The notes under the pieces are model-generated. The model made no database searches, was not told where the DNA came from, and worked only from the letters and a program-made list of their open reading frames with translations. The translations under genes and the position numbers were made by a program. From Candidatus Levyibacteriota bacterium (GTDB lineage: Bacteria; Patescibacteriota; Microgenomatia; Levybacterales; UBA12049): 64,000 nucleotides of DNA. Position 1 is the first letter of the stretch. The number at the start of each line of letters is the position of its first letter. Shown here one piece after another: positions 49,723-58,731 of this stretch. Where the stretch lies: NCBI GenBank assembly GCA_043823085.1, contig JBDRBE010000001.1:113110-177109 (forward strand), written 5' to 3'.

Positions 49723-50487
49723 TCATAAAACGGAAAGAGCAACTTGATGTAAATTGTCCAATGCTCTTACTACTTCTGGGAGATGAAATCCTGGCTCCCA
49801 TATTTCGTTAGAAACTAAATCACTTATTACAAATGCGGCCGCAAATTCTACTCCTCTATGCTTTGCTACTGCAGCCAATGCCGCTGTTTCCATTTCTACT
49901 GTTAAAACTCCTTCTTCTTGATATTGACTTACTTCCTCTCTTGTTTCACGGAAAGGCGCATCAATAGTCCAAGTTTGTCCTTCGCTAAATTGCAAATTTT
50001 GCTGTTCTAGTTTTTCCTTTAACTTACTTGTTAAGTCAAAAGAGGTGTCTACGTATTTACCAGGTTCTAAATAATGATGAGAAATGCCTTCATCTCTTAT
50101 CGCTTTATTGCAAACAACGATATCGCCAACCTTTGAATTTTTTCCAACTCCTCCTGCTACCCCAATATTTATAAATCTGCGACTGCCTTTTGCTATTAGC
50201 TCCTCCATTATCACTGCCGCCTGTGAAGCACCAAGCCCATATAAAGATACTCCAACTTTATTATCTTTACTTGCCAGAAAATATAATTGTTGGGTAACAT
50301 AATGATCTTTCAAACCATCCTCCCAAGCTAAAATATTTTGAAGCGCTGAATATTGATGGGTTAAAACTACTCCCTCTGGAGCTTGAAAATTACGGGATGA
50401 TTCAATTTTCCTCCGGTATCCTAATGAATCTTCTGGCGAATAAATTGCGTCAAACCCATGTTTTCCCTCAACGTTTGGATAAGGCAT
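49723..50487 (-). CDS. nucleoside phosphorylase (PNP/UDP family)
   Basis: GLGAS, IGVAGG, AIRDEGISHHY, WTIDAPFRET, VEMETAA, ISD. Confidence 0.9.
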   Translation of the reverse strand: MPYPNVEGKHGFDAIYSPEDSLGYRRKIESSRNFQAPEGVVLTHQYSALQNILAWEDGLKDHYVTQQLYFLASKDNKVGVSLYGLGASQAAVIMEELIAKGSRRFINIGVAGGVGKNSKVGDIVVCNKAIRDEGISHHYLEPGKYVDTSFDLTSKLKEKLEQQNLQFSEGQTWTIDAPFRETREEVSQYQEEGVLTVEMETAALAAVAKHRGVEFAAAFVISDLVSNEIWEPGFHLPEVVRALDNLHQVALSVL

Positions 50488-50554
50488 AATTTAATTTACG
50501 TATTATACAATACCCCGAAGAATTGCAAACGGTGTAATTTGTTATAATTGAAAA

Positions 50555-50818
50555 GTGGAAAAGAGTTTGGAAGAAAGAGTTTCGGAAATTGAACAAAGAA
50601 ACAAAAAAGTGGAACTGGATAAGACCTGGGAAACAAGTTATACAAGGCGATTTTTACTTTTGGCTTTTACCTATTTAGCGATTGCCTTATATTTGAAATT
50701 TATTCTTGGCGTCGAACCTTGGCTTAATGCAATTATCCCCTCCATCGGCTTCCTGCTTTCAACTCTAACCCTGCCATTCTTTAAAGAACTCTGGAAAAAA
50801 TATTTTTATAAGAAGTAA
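50555..50818 (+). CDS. small two-TM membrane protein
   Basis: GTG start 6 nt after TATAAT. Two hydrophobic helices. Confidence 0.75.
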   Translation: MEKSLEERVSEIEQRNKKVELDKTWETSYTRRFLLLAFTYLAIALYLKFILGVEPWLNAIIPSIGFLLSTLTLPFFKELWKKYFYKK

Positions 50819-50841
50819 TTTTTCTACCGTATCCTAGCCTC

Positions 50842-50891
50842 CTTCCGATCTCAGATCGAAAAGACACTTGTTACACCCCCGAGGTGTAACA
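50842..50891. repeat. TTCCGATC hairpin plus TTACACC palindromic element
   Basis: cttccgatctcagatcgaaaag (compare cttccgatcttggatcggaaaa at 49561), then tgttacacccccgaggtgtaaca at 50869-50891. Confidence 0.8.
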
Positions 50892-50898
50892 TATTGAA

Positions 50899-51795
50899 TT
50901 AGAACCAGCCTTTTTTCTTTTTTCCTTCTTCTTCAAATTGCCGCAAGAGTTCTTTTTGGCGAGAGGTGAGGTTTTTGGGAATATTAATTTTGATGCGTAG
51001 GTAATGATCGCCTTTCCCCGATCCGCGAAGATGTGGAACTCCGCGGCCGCGAAGACGAATAACTGTATTGGGTTGCGTGCCTGATGGAATTTTAAGTTGA
51101 ACTGATTCATCAATGGTTTCAACTGAAATGACTGTTCCCAAAACCGCCTGTGAGTAGGAAATTTCTTTTTCGGAAATAATATTTACCCCTTCTCTTCGAA
51201 ATTTTTTATCCGGGTGAACTCGAATTACAATATCATATTCGCCAAAACGAATTCTTGAACCATCATCAACTCCGGCAGGAATTTTTATAGTTTGAGTTTG
51301 ACCGCCAATTTCAACTCTTTTTTGCACACCTTTTACCGCTTCCATAAAATCGATGGCTAAAGAATAAGTTTGCCGCCTTTGTGCTCGGCCAAAAGGCGAA
51401 CCACCGCCAAAAAACTGCTCAAAGATTTCAAAAGGATCGGAAAATCCGCCAAAGTCGAATTCCTGCCCTCCGCCGGACGTTGAATAAGTATAAGTAAACG
51501 GTCCGTATTGACCTGTTTGTTGACCGCCAAATCCGCCAAAAGGACCTCCCGGTCCTTGAGAGCCACCTTGTTCAAATGCTGCTGACCCAAACTGATCATA
51601 AGTCTGTCTTTTTTGAGGATCAGCCAAAACTTCGTAGGCTTTGTTTACTTCTTTAAATTTTGCCTCTCCTTCTTTGGTTTTATTTCGGTCGGGATGATAC
51701 TGTAAAGCCAGTTTTCGATAAGCCTTTTTTATCTCATCCAGACCTGCGTTTTTGGAAACCCCCAAAACCTCATAAAAATCTTTATTCTCCGCCAT
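50899..51795 (-). CDS. dnaJ: DnaJ-family chaperone lacking the zinc-finger region (class II)
   Basis: J domain with HPD, G/F-rich linker, C-terminal domain, no CxxCxGxG repeats. Confidence 0.9.
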   Translation of the reverse strand: MAENKDFYEVLGVSKNAGLDEIKKAYRKLALQYHPDRNKTKEGEAKFKEVNKAYEVLADPQKRQTYDQFGSAAFEQGGSQGPGGPFGGFGGQQTGQYGPFTYTYSTSGGGQEFDFGGFSDPFEIFEQFFGGGSPFGRAQRRQTYSLAIDFMEAVKGVQKRVEIGGQTQTIKIPAGVDDGSRIRFGEYDIVIRVHPDKKFRREGVNIISEKEISYSQAVLGTVISVETIDESVQLKIPSGTQPNTVIRLRGRGVPHLRGSGKGDHYLRIKINIPKNLTSRQKELLRQFEEEGKKKKGWF

Positions 51796-51798
51796 AAT

Positions 51799-52635
51799 TT
51801 ATCCTCTCGTAAAAAAACTACTAACCATTTCCCCCGTCCTAACAAAAATTGTCGTCACTTGTCTACTCGCGACTGGAACCATTTGACCTAAATCATAAAA
51901 ATTTCCTTGAGCAACAGTTTCTTTCTTTCTAACTGTCTCTACTAAATCTTTTTTTGTTTTTCCCGGAAAACGGGTTTGACAATAACCCAACTGTCCAGAC
52001 TCTCGACCATCACTGCCACCAAAAGCGCTAAATTTTCCCGTTGCAAAAAGAGCAAGCGCATTTGCAAGGGCTGTTTGACCTGCAAGAGTAGCGTTCAAAA
52101 CTTCTATCCCATCTGGTTGAACAATCGTTGGATCGTCGAAACTTCTTTGAACACTTCGAAAACCTGCACTAAAAGTTAAAGGCGAAGTTGGGTGAGCCAA
52201 AACGCTAAAGCCTCCCATTTCATGAATAGCTTTTGCTGCGGTAAACAAATTTTTTCCTCTGCCAAAATACTCATTATAAACTTTGGTGTTTGGAACACAA
52301 CTTTTATCGGGAAAGTAAATTAAAACGTGGGCCGGAGATATTTGACCCGGGATTAAAAGAGTTGCTTCTACCCCAGCCAAAACTTGATTCTCTATGCCAT
52401 GTTTTTCAGCCAATTCCCAAACCAAATCAAAATTTTGCCTGTTGTCATGCTCTGTAACAGCAAAAACCATGCCATTTTCTCTCGCTCTTTCAAATATTTC
52501 TTCTATTTCTCCCCCAACGTCTCTTACATGAAGATGTAAATCTCCTATTCCCCAAGTCTCATCTACCACAACTCCTTCAGGAATCTGTAGTGTCTTTCTT
52601 TCTGGGACTATTAATGTTTCTTGTTTTACTGCCAT
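51799..52635 (-). CDS. PHP-domain protein
   Basis: DLHLH, VTEHD, GVE, LAHP, GIEVLN, GGSD (terminal His replaced). Confidence 0.75.
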   Translation of the reverse strand: MAVKQETLIVPERKTLQIPEGVVVDETWGIGDLHLHVRDVGGEIEEIFERARENGMVFAVTEHDNRQNFDLVWELAEKHGIENQVLAGVEATLLIPGQISPAHVLIYFPDKSCVPNTKVYNEYFGRGKNLFTAAKAIHEMGGFSVLAHPTSPLTFSAGFRSVQRSFDDPTIVQPDGIEVLNATLAGQTALANALALFATGKFSAFGGSDGRESGQLGYCQTRFPGKTKKDLVETVRKKETVAQGNFYDLGQMVPVASRQVTTIFVRTGEMVSSFFTRG

Positions 52636-52656
52636 ATTTTCTACTCCTATTTTACC

Positions 52657-52686
52657 AAAAAGCCTCGGGTTGTTCCGAGGCAAAAA
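52657..52686 (-). terminator. probable intrinsic terminator downstream of dnaK
   Basis: Minus strand reads gcctcgg-aacaac-ccgaggc followed by TTTTT. Confidence 0.55.
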
Positions 52687-52693
52687 GTTTAAA

Positions 52694-52749
52694 TGTCATC
52701 CTGAATTTATTTCAGGATCTCGAGATTCTGAACCGAGTTCAGAATGACA
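52694..52749. repeat. abutting inverted pair of GAGAT..ATGACA palindromic elements
   Basis: tgtcatcctgaatttatttcaggatctc + gagattctgaaccgagttcagaatgaca. Confidence 0.88.
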
Positions 52750-52756
52750 AGGTCCC

Positions 52757-54688
52757 TTAGTTTACCACTTCTCCCTCAACCGGCTCCTCTTTATCCTCCG
52801 AAGCCTTGGCGGAGGAGGACTTTTTCTCTTCCTCTTTCTTTTCTTCGTCGTCTGTTTTCTCTTCTGTCTTCTGTCCTCCGTCTTCTGTTTTCTGATTCTG
52901 ATACATTGCCTGTCCGACTTTTTGTAAAGATTCTGAAAGCTCTTTGGTTTTTACTTCCAAATCTTCTTTTGTTCCAGTTTCCAAAATCGCTTTAAGCGCC
53001 GAAATTTTTTCTTCAATTTCTTTTTTAAGATCGTCTGCTACTTTTTCTTTGGCATCAGTTAGTGTTTTTTCCGAAGTAAAAATGAGCGAATCGGCTGCAT
53101 TGCGCGCCTCGATTCTTTCTTTTTTCTCTTGGTCCTCGGAAGCGTGCATTTCCGCTTCTTTGGTCATTTTTTCAACTTCTTCTTTGGAAAGTCCTGTTGA
53201 ACCTGTAATTTTTATGCTTTGCTCTCTTCCTGTTGCTTTATCTTTTGCCTTAACATTTAAAATACCATTAGCATCAATATCAAAAGTTACTTCAACTTGC
53301 GGAACTCCACGTGGAGCAGGCGGAATACCGTCCAAAATAAATCGGCCTAATGATTTATTGTCTGTTGCCATTGGACGCTCACCTTGTAAAACATTAATCT
53401 CAACTTGAGTTTGATTATCTGCCGCAGTTGAAAAAACCTGCGATTTGGAAATTGGAACAGTTGAATTTCTGGAAATTAATGGTGTGGAAACTCCGCCTAA
53501 AGTTTCAATTCCCAAAGTTAAAGGCGTAACATCCAAAAGTAAAACATCTTTTACTTCTCCGCCCAAAACTCCTCCCTGAATTGCCGCGCCAATTGCTACA
53601 ACTTCATCCGGATTAACCGACTTATTAAGTTCTTTGCCAAAGAATTTAGAAACAGCTTCGATAACCTTTGGCATCCTGGTCATTCCGCCAACCAAAATTA
53701 TCTCATCGATATCCGATGTTTTCAATTTTGCATCCTTAAGCGCCAGCTCAACCGGTTTTATGGATTTTTGAATTAAATCATCAACTAATTCCTCAAGTTT
53801 TGCGCGAGTTAATGTCATTGTTAAATGAAGCGGTCCGGCTTCGCCGGATTGGGTTATAAACGGCTGATTAATTTGCGCTTCCGTTGAAGAAGATAATTCT
53901 ATTTTTGCTTTTTCAGCTGACTCTCGAAGTCTTTGCAAGGCTTGGGGATCTTTCCTTAAATCAACTCCATTTTCTTTTTTAAATTCTTCGGCTAAATAAT
54001 CGACAATTATTTGATCAAAATCATCCCCTCCCAAATGAGTATCGCCATTTGTTGACTTTACTTCATAAACTCCATCGCCAAGTTCAAGAATAGAAATATC
54101 AAAAGTTCCGCCGCCCAAATCATAAACGGCAATTGTGTGGGCGTTTTTCTTGTCCAAACCATAAGCCAGCGCTGCGGCAGTCGGCTCATTAATAATTCGA
54201 AGAACTTCAAGTCCGGCAATTTCTCCGGCTTGTTTGGTAGCTTGTCTTTGCGAGTCATCAAAGTATGCTGGCACTGTAATTACCGCTTGTGTAACTTTTC
54301 CGCCAAGATAACTTTCTGCGTCGGCTTTTATTTTTTGCAAAATCATGGCCGAAATTTCCTGCGGAGTAAAAGTTCTACCATCAACTTCAACAACAGCCAT
54401 TCCATCGCGTCCGCTTTTTATGGTGTAGGGCAAAAGTTTAACGTCTTTTTGCACCGACGCATCACTGAATTTTCGACCCATTAATCTTTTAATCGAATAA
54501 ATTGTTTTCTTAGGTTTTAGAACAATTTGGCGTTTTGCCACATCACCAACAACGTGAGTAACTGGGTCAACCACTGAAGGAATAACATTCCTTCCTTCTT
54601 TAGAATGAATGACCTTCGGACTTCCGCCCTCCATTACTGCCACACATGAATTTGTTGTTCCTAAATCAATTCCAATAATCTTACCCAT
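52757..54688 (-). CDS. dnaK: chaperone DnaK
   Basis: [38 protein letters not shown]. Confidence 0.99.
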   Translation of the reverse strand: MGKIIGIDLGTTNSCVAVMEGGSPKVIHSKEGRNVIPSVVDPVTHVVGDVAKRQIVLKPKKTIYSIKRLMGRKFSDASVQKDVKLLPYTIKSGRDGMAVVEVDGRTFTPQEISAMILQKIKADAESYLGGKVTQAVITVPAYFDDSQRQATKQAGEIAGLEVLRIINEPTAAALAYGLDKKNAHTIAVYDLGGGTFDISILELGDGVYEVKSTNGDTHLGGDDFDQIIVDYLAEEFKKENGVDLRKDPQALQRLRESAEKAKIELSSSTEAQINQPFITQSGEAGPLHLTMTLTRAKLEELVDDLIQKSIKPVELALKDAKLKTSDIDEIILVGGMTRMPKVIEAVSKFFGKELNKSVNPDEVVAIGAAIQGGVLGGEVKDVLLLDVTPLTLGIETLGGVSTPLISRNSTVPISKSQVFSTAADNQTQVEINVLQGERPMATDNKSLGRFILDGIPPAPRGVPQVEVTFDIDANGILNVKAKDKATGREQSIKITGSTGLSKEEVEKMTKEAEMHASEDQEKKERIEARNAADSLIFTSEKTLTDAKEKVADDLKKEIEEKISALKAILETGTKEDLEVKTKELSESLQKVGQAMYQNQKTEDGGQKTEEKTDDEEKKEEEKKSSSAKASEDKEEPVEGEVVN

Positions 54689-54748
54689 AGTTTTAAATGC
54701 TTTATTTCCTTTATTTATTTTTGATAGTCATTTCTATTTTACTATCAA

Positions 54749-54815
54749 ATTGTTTCATTGTTGCATTGCTTCATTGTTCTCTTTAACAATGTAACAATTG
54801 AACAATCTAACAATC
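54749..54815. repeat. inverted pair of octamer tandem arrays
   Basis: attgtttc attgttgc attgcttc attgttct, then taacaatg taacaatt gaacaatc taacaatc. Confidence 0.75.
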
Positions 54816-54822
54816 GTATATT

Positions 54823-55287
54823 TTATTTTCCTACTTTTACCATTGCTGGTCTAAGTGCTTTTCCTGAAATTAAATATCCTGCTCTTACTTCTTCCAAAAC
54901 TTTTCCTTCCTCGCCCTCTATTACTTCCACGCAATCCATTGTGTGTGGATTAAATTCTTTTCCGACTGTTTCTACTTTTTCTACTCCTTCGCTTTTTAAA
55001 ACATCCAAAAAATGCTGGATGCTTAAATTTAATCCTTCATCTCCGACATGAATTTGTGCCATTATTAGTGTATCTAAAACTGGCAAAAGTCGCAAGATGA
55101 TATCTTTGTTGGCTGAAACTATCCATTCCTTTTTTTCTTTTTCAACTCTTTTTTCTAAATTTTGATAATCCGCCAATACTCTTTTATAATTATCTTGACC
55201 AATTTTGATTTGATTTTCAAGGTCCTCTAGTTTTTTCTTTAACTCCTCGACTTCTTCGTTTTTCTTTTTATTTGCGTCATCCTTCAT
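54823..55287 (-). CDS. grpE: nucleotide exchange factor GrpE
   Basis: RVLADYQN, LLPVLD, FNPH, GY...LRPAMVKV. Confidence 0.95.
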   Translation of the reverse strand: MKDDANKKKNEEVEELKKKLEDLENQIKIGQDNYKRVLADYQNLEKRVEKEKKEWIVSANKDIILRLLPVLDTLIMAQIHVGDEGLNLSIQHFLDVLKSEGVEKVETVGKEFNPHTMDCVEVIEGEEGKVLEEVRAGYLISGKALRPAMVKVGK

Positions 55288-55327
55288 TTTTTCTAACTTC
55301 TAGCTTCTATTTTCTACCTTCCAGCGC

Positions 55328-56056
55328 TTACCATCCTTTGGCAATTTCTTTAATCAAATTTTTAAAACAACGGACAGTTGGAACGATAGATGTATAATTT
55401 AATCTTACCGGTCCCAAAACTCCAATTTCGCCCGAAAGTTTCATTGGCGTTTCATAGCGGCTAAAAACAAAGCCGTAATTGGCCGGAAGTCTTGGCATAT
55501 CTTCGCCCAAAAGCACATGAATATCTTCGTCTTCGATAACTCCCGCAAATAAATTGCTAAAAAAGTCAAATTCATCAATTGCCGAAAGTAAATTTTTAGT
55601 GATATCAATGTCGTAAAACTCGGGCATATCCAAAATGTTGGCGTATCCGGAAGCATACATATCGCCATCGTCTGTTGTGGCAACTGCCAAAGCTTTAGTC
55701 TTTTCGGCCAAATTTTTTGTCAATTCCTTTAAAAATCTTTGTTCTTTTTCGCGATAATCCCAAAGTTTTTCTTTAACTGCAACTTCTTCGGCAACGGATA
55801 TTTCTTTTTCTTTCATTAATTGCGTGACGTAAAATTTCATGCCAACCGGGGTTGGAACACGGCCGGAAGAGGTGTGGGTTTTTTTAAGATATCCAAGATT
55901 TGTAAGACGAACCATTTCGTTTCGGATAGTTGCAGGAGAGGCTGAAAGATTGTGTTTTTTCTCTAAAGTTTCCGAACCAACAGGTTCTGCGGTTTCGATA
56001 TATTCCTCAATGAGGCTTTTTAAAATCTCTATTTGGCGTTGTGTTAAATCATGCAT
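55328..56056 (-). CDS. hrcA: heat-inducible transcription repressor HrcA (short form)
   Basis: EPVGS, SPATIRNEM, HTSSGRVPT, GVLGPVRLNY. Confidence 0.95.
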   Translation of the reverse strand: MHDLTQRQIEILKSLIEEYIETAEPVGSETLEKKHNLSASPATIRNEMVRLTNLGYLKKTHTSSGRVPTPVGMKFYVTQLMKEKEISVAEEVAVKEKLWDYREKEQRFLKELTKNLAEKTKALAVATTDDGDMYASGYANILDMPEFYDIDITKNLLSAIDEFDFFSNLFAGVIEDEDIHVLLGEDMPRLPANYGFVFSRYETPMKLSGEIGVLGPVRLNYTSIVPTVRCFKNLIKEIAKGW

Positions 56057-56110
56057 ATAAATTAACTCTCCTTGATTTTTATTTAATTACTTGCTAAAGA
56101 TCTGTTCTCG

Positions 56111-56175
56111 CCCCGTACATGCGCCCTTGCGAGGCAAGGATGTAAACCTTGCGAGCAAGTAAGCATTGTATGGGG
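56111..56175. mobile_element. CCCCGTA...TATGGGG-bounded branched hairpin (MITE-like)
   Basis: Termini ccccgtaca / tgtatgggg, with inner cttgcga(g)gcaag hairpins. Confidence 0.55.
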
Positions 56176-56205
56176 TCGCTGTGTAAGATCATGCATATTT
56201 TTATA

Positions 56206-56242
56206 TTAGCAGTATAATACCACGACTGCTAATCCTTGTCAA
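56206..56242 (-). promoter_or_regulatory. sigma70-type promoter overlapped by a CIRCE variant
   Basis: Minus strand TTGACA-17 nt-TATTAT. Inverted repeat TTAGCAGTA-N9-GACTGCTAA at 56206-56232, versus canonical TTAGCACTC-N9-GAGTGCTAA. Confidence 0.88.
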
Positions 56243-56269
56243 GACCCATTTTTCGGAAAAGAAATTACC

Positions 56270-56337
56270 GACCCCGTAAAGTCGCTCCGTGAGACACGTC
56301 TGACGTGTTCAAACGGCAAGACTCGACGGGGGGGGTC
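56270..56337. mobile_element. second CCCCGT...ACGGGG-bounded hairpin (MITE-like)
   Basis: Termini gaccccgt / acgggg..gtc, nested agtc/gact, ccgt/acgg and acacgtc-t-gacgtgt. Confidence 0.55.
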
Positions 56338-56376
56338 AAGGAATCTTTTGATATCAAATTGTGTTAAACTAAAAAC

Positions 56377-56715
56377 ATGAACAGACGTAGAAAACGGCCT
56401 TTTTGGCTTCTAATTATCAGCCTTTTATCTTTCGCTTCGTTAATTTATTTTTCGTTCTCATTCTCTCCTAATTCATTATTCATAATTCCTAATTCCTTAT
56501 TTAATACTACTTTTATTTTTCTCTTCCTCTTGTTTACTTTCTGTTTTTTTCTTTTCTCTTTTTTGCTGAACAATATCCGCCATGGTTTTTTTCTGGGATT
56601 ATTAATCGTAATTTACTTAATCCTCCGCCTTTTAGGCCTCATCAACATATTTTTTCTGCTTGTACTTCTGGCAATTTTCCTAACCCTTGAACTTCTATTC
56701 CGAAATCAAAAATAA
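56377..56715 (+). CDS. small membrane protein
   Basis: About four hydrophobic segments. TAAACT 6 nt before ATG. Contains a translated heptamer array at 56467-56501. Confidence 0.7.
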   Translation: MNRRRKRPFWLLIISLLSFASLIYFSFSFSPNSLFIIPNSLFNTTFIFLFLLFTFCFFLFSFLLNNIRHGFFLGLLIVIYLILRLLGLINIFFLLVLLAIFLTLELLFRNQK

Positions 56716-56764
56716 AATGTATTGCGAGCTTGACTTCGAAATAATTGTGGACTAGAATCTTGTC

Positions 56765-57883
56765 GTGATTGATTATTCAAAAGTTCTAAAAATTTTATGC
56801 AAAGAACCTAGGTTTTCAGGCAGTAAAAGAAACAAAGAAATCCGACATTACTTAATAAATGAATTAAAGAATTTTGGTTATTATGTTAATATCCAAGAAT
56901 TTCCATTCACCGGCTGGAAATTAATTAAATTACCTCAAGTAAGATTTATCAAACCAATATCACAAAAAATTCAAATTCTTCCTGTTGTCTGGTCGCCAAG
57001 TATTAAAGAAAATAAAATTGCTGGCCAAATTCGTCAAGTCAAAGACATTAAAACATTCGAAGCCTATCCTTGGGAACGTTTTGCAGTTATTGATAAAAAA
57101 GGTCATACGCTTTGCTATTTTATAACAAGAAAGGATTTTGTCTGGGCCCAGCCATTGAACAACTCCAAAGTTAAAACTCCATATATTATTATTGACACTA
57201 AAGCCTGTCAGATAATTCACCAATTTATACAAGAAAGAAAACCGATAAGTGTTTGTGCATCTCTAGAGTGTCAAAAAATAAAAGGGTTGAAAATAGCTAA
57301 CATTTTAGCATCATTTAATGAGAAATATGAGATTATTGTCGCAGCGCATTATGACTCTATGTTTAATACTGTTGGCGCGCATGATAATGCAAGCGGCATA
57401 GCTGCCCTACTTGGCGTTGCAGAAACTAAACCATCCAATGTAAAGTTTATTGCTTTTGACGCAGAAGAATGGAATAAATTTGGCGCTTACTCATACGTTG
57501 AACGGGTAAAAACTTCTTCGCAATTTAAAAAAACTAAAATAATGATTAATCTTGATTCTGTTGGAGTTGGCGATTTTATATACCTTTTGGTTAGCCCGGC
57601 AATTGAAGACAAAATTAAAAAGGCTGTTAAGAAAACCTCTGTTGCAAAACGCATTAAAATCGAAATTACAGCCGCCAAAGCTTTTCCCCAATTCGACTCC
57701 TGGCCGTTTATGAAAAATGGAATACCTGTTATCCAAATCGGAACAAAAGGCGCGCTGCCCTTTAGATACTTTCATGACCCAAAAGATACTCTAAAAAACA
57801 TAAAAACTAATTTAATTAAAGAAACTTCTTTGTTAGTAACCGAACTTATCAATCAATTACAAGATAATTTAGGAGGTAAATAA
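56765..57883 (+). CDS. M28 family metallopeptidase
   Basis: AHYDS, GAHDNASG, FDAEE, NLDSVG, FHDPKD. Confidence 0.88.
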   Translation: MIDYSKVLKILCKEPRFSGSKRNKEIRHYLINELKNFGYYVNIQEFPFTGWKLIKLPQVRFIKPISQKIQILPVVWSPSIKENKIAGQIRQVKDIKTFEAYPWERFAVIDKKGHTLCYFITRKDFVWAQPLNNSKVKTPYIIIDTKACQIIHQFIQERKPISVCASLECQKIKGLKIANILASFNEKYEIIVAAHYDSMFNTVGAHDNASGIAALLGVAETKPSNVKFIAFDAEEWNKFGAYSYVERVKTSSQFKKTKIMINLDSVGVGDFIYLLVSPAIEDKIKKAVKKTSVAKRIKIEITAAKAFPQFDSWPFMKNGIPVIQIGTKGALPFRYFHDPKDTLKNIKTNLIKETSLLVTELINQLQDNLGGK

Positions 57884-58683
57884 TGGGTTGTACTATCGGA
57901 GCTATCCGCTGCAAAAACGGAAACTTATTATTATTTAAAAATAGAGATTTAACAACACTTAAGAAAAACCTGCCACCTCACATACAAAAAGGGGTGAAAT
58001 TTAAATATCTCGGGTTTGGAGCAGATTCCACAAAGAAAAATCCGGGCGTTTGGGCAGGAATAAATGAAAAAGGATTGGTAATTTTGGGCGCAGATGGAAA
58101 TTCTATCCGTGATTTCAAAGGCCCAAAATATGGAAAGGGTGAAAGGAGCTGGCAAGCATACGAAGAATCCCTTTCAAAAACCGCTTCTTGCAAAGAAGCC
58201 TGCTCATATTTAATTGATTTTCATAACTCCAATAAAATTGGCGGCAGCGGAGATATTATTTTGGTTTCAGACCGCATAAATTCTGCCATTCTTGAATATT
58301 CATTTGAACAATGGGGAATCGAATTTCTTTCAAAGAATCAATTTATGGTTCGAACTAATTTCTTTAATGTTTTAAAGCATTTGCGTCCAAAACCAGAAAC
58401 ATCTGACATAAATTTGAGTTCTGCAATTCGATATAAAAGGGCGACTAAACTTTTATCTAAAATGGGTAAAAATGCGACTGTTGAAGATATTATGAAACTT
58501 TGCCAAGACCACTCAAAAGGAAAAACTCCCTTCTCTATTTGCCGGCATGGAAAATTGGGAGAATATAGAACAACAGCTTCTGCAATTTTTGAAATTACGC
58601 CAAAATTCGCTAAAATTTATTATGTAATGAATGACAACCCATGCCATCAAAAATATAAAATGATCAAACTCCCCTTAGCTTAA
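57883..58683 (+). CDS. Ntn-hydrolase with N-terminal Cys (C45/C69-like)
   Basis: MGCT, FKNRD, AGINEKGL, RTNFF, SICRH. Coupled to the M28 gene by TAATG. Confidence 0.8.
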   Translation: MGCTIGAIRCKNGNLLLFKNRDLTTLKKNLPPHIQKGVKFKYLGFGADSTKKNPGVWAGINEKGLVILGADGNSIRDFKGPKYGKGERSWQAYEESLSKTASCKEACSYLIDFHNSNKIGGSGDIILVSDRINSAILEYSFEQWGIEFLSKNQFMVRTNFFNVLKHLRPKPETSDINLSSAIRYKRATKLLSKMGKNATVEDIMKLCQDHSKGKTPFSICRHGKLGEYRTTASAIFEITPKFAKIYYVMNDNPCHQKYKMIKLPLA

Positions 58684-58731
58684 TAAATATCAATTGTTTA
58701 TAGCCTCATTCTCTGTTAAAATTAAACAGCA

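Noticed and set aside
49474-50891. TTACACC palindromes as a CRISPR array
   Set aside because: Spacing is about 200 and 1200 nt with whole genes in between, and there are no cas genes.
52636-52683. N-terminal extension MPRNNPRL of the PHP protein
   Set aside because: Overlaps the terminator-like hairpin. An SD-like GGAG precedes the ATG at 52635.
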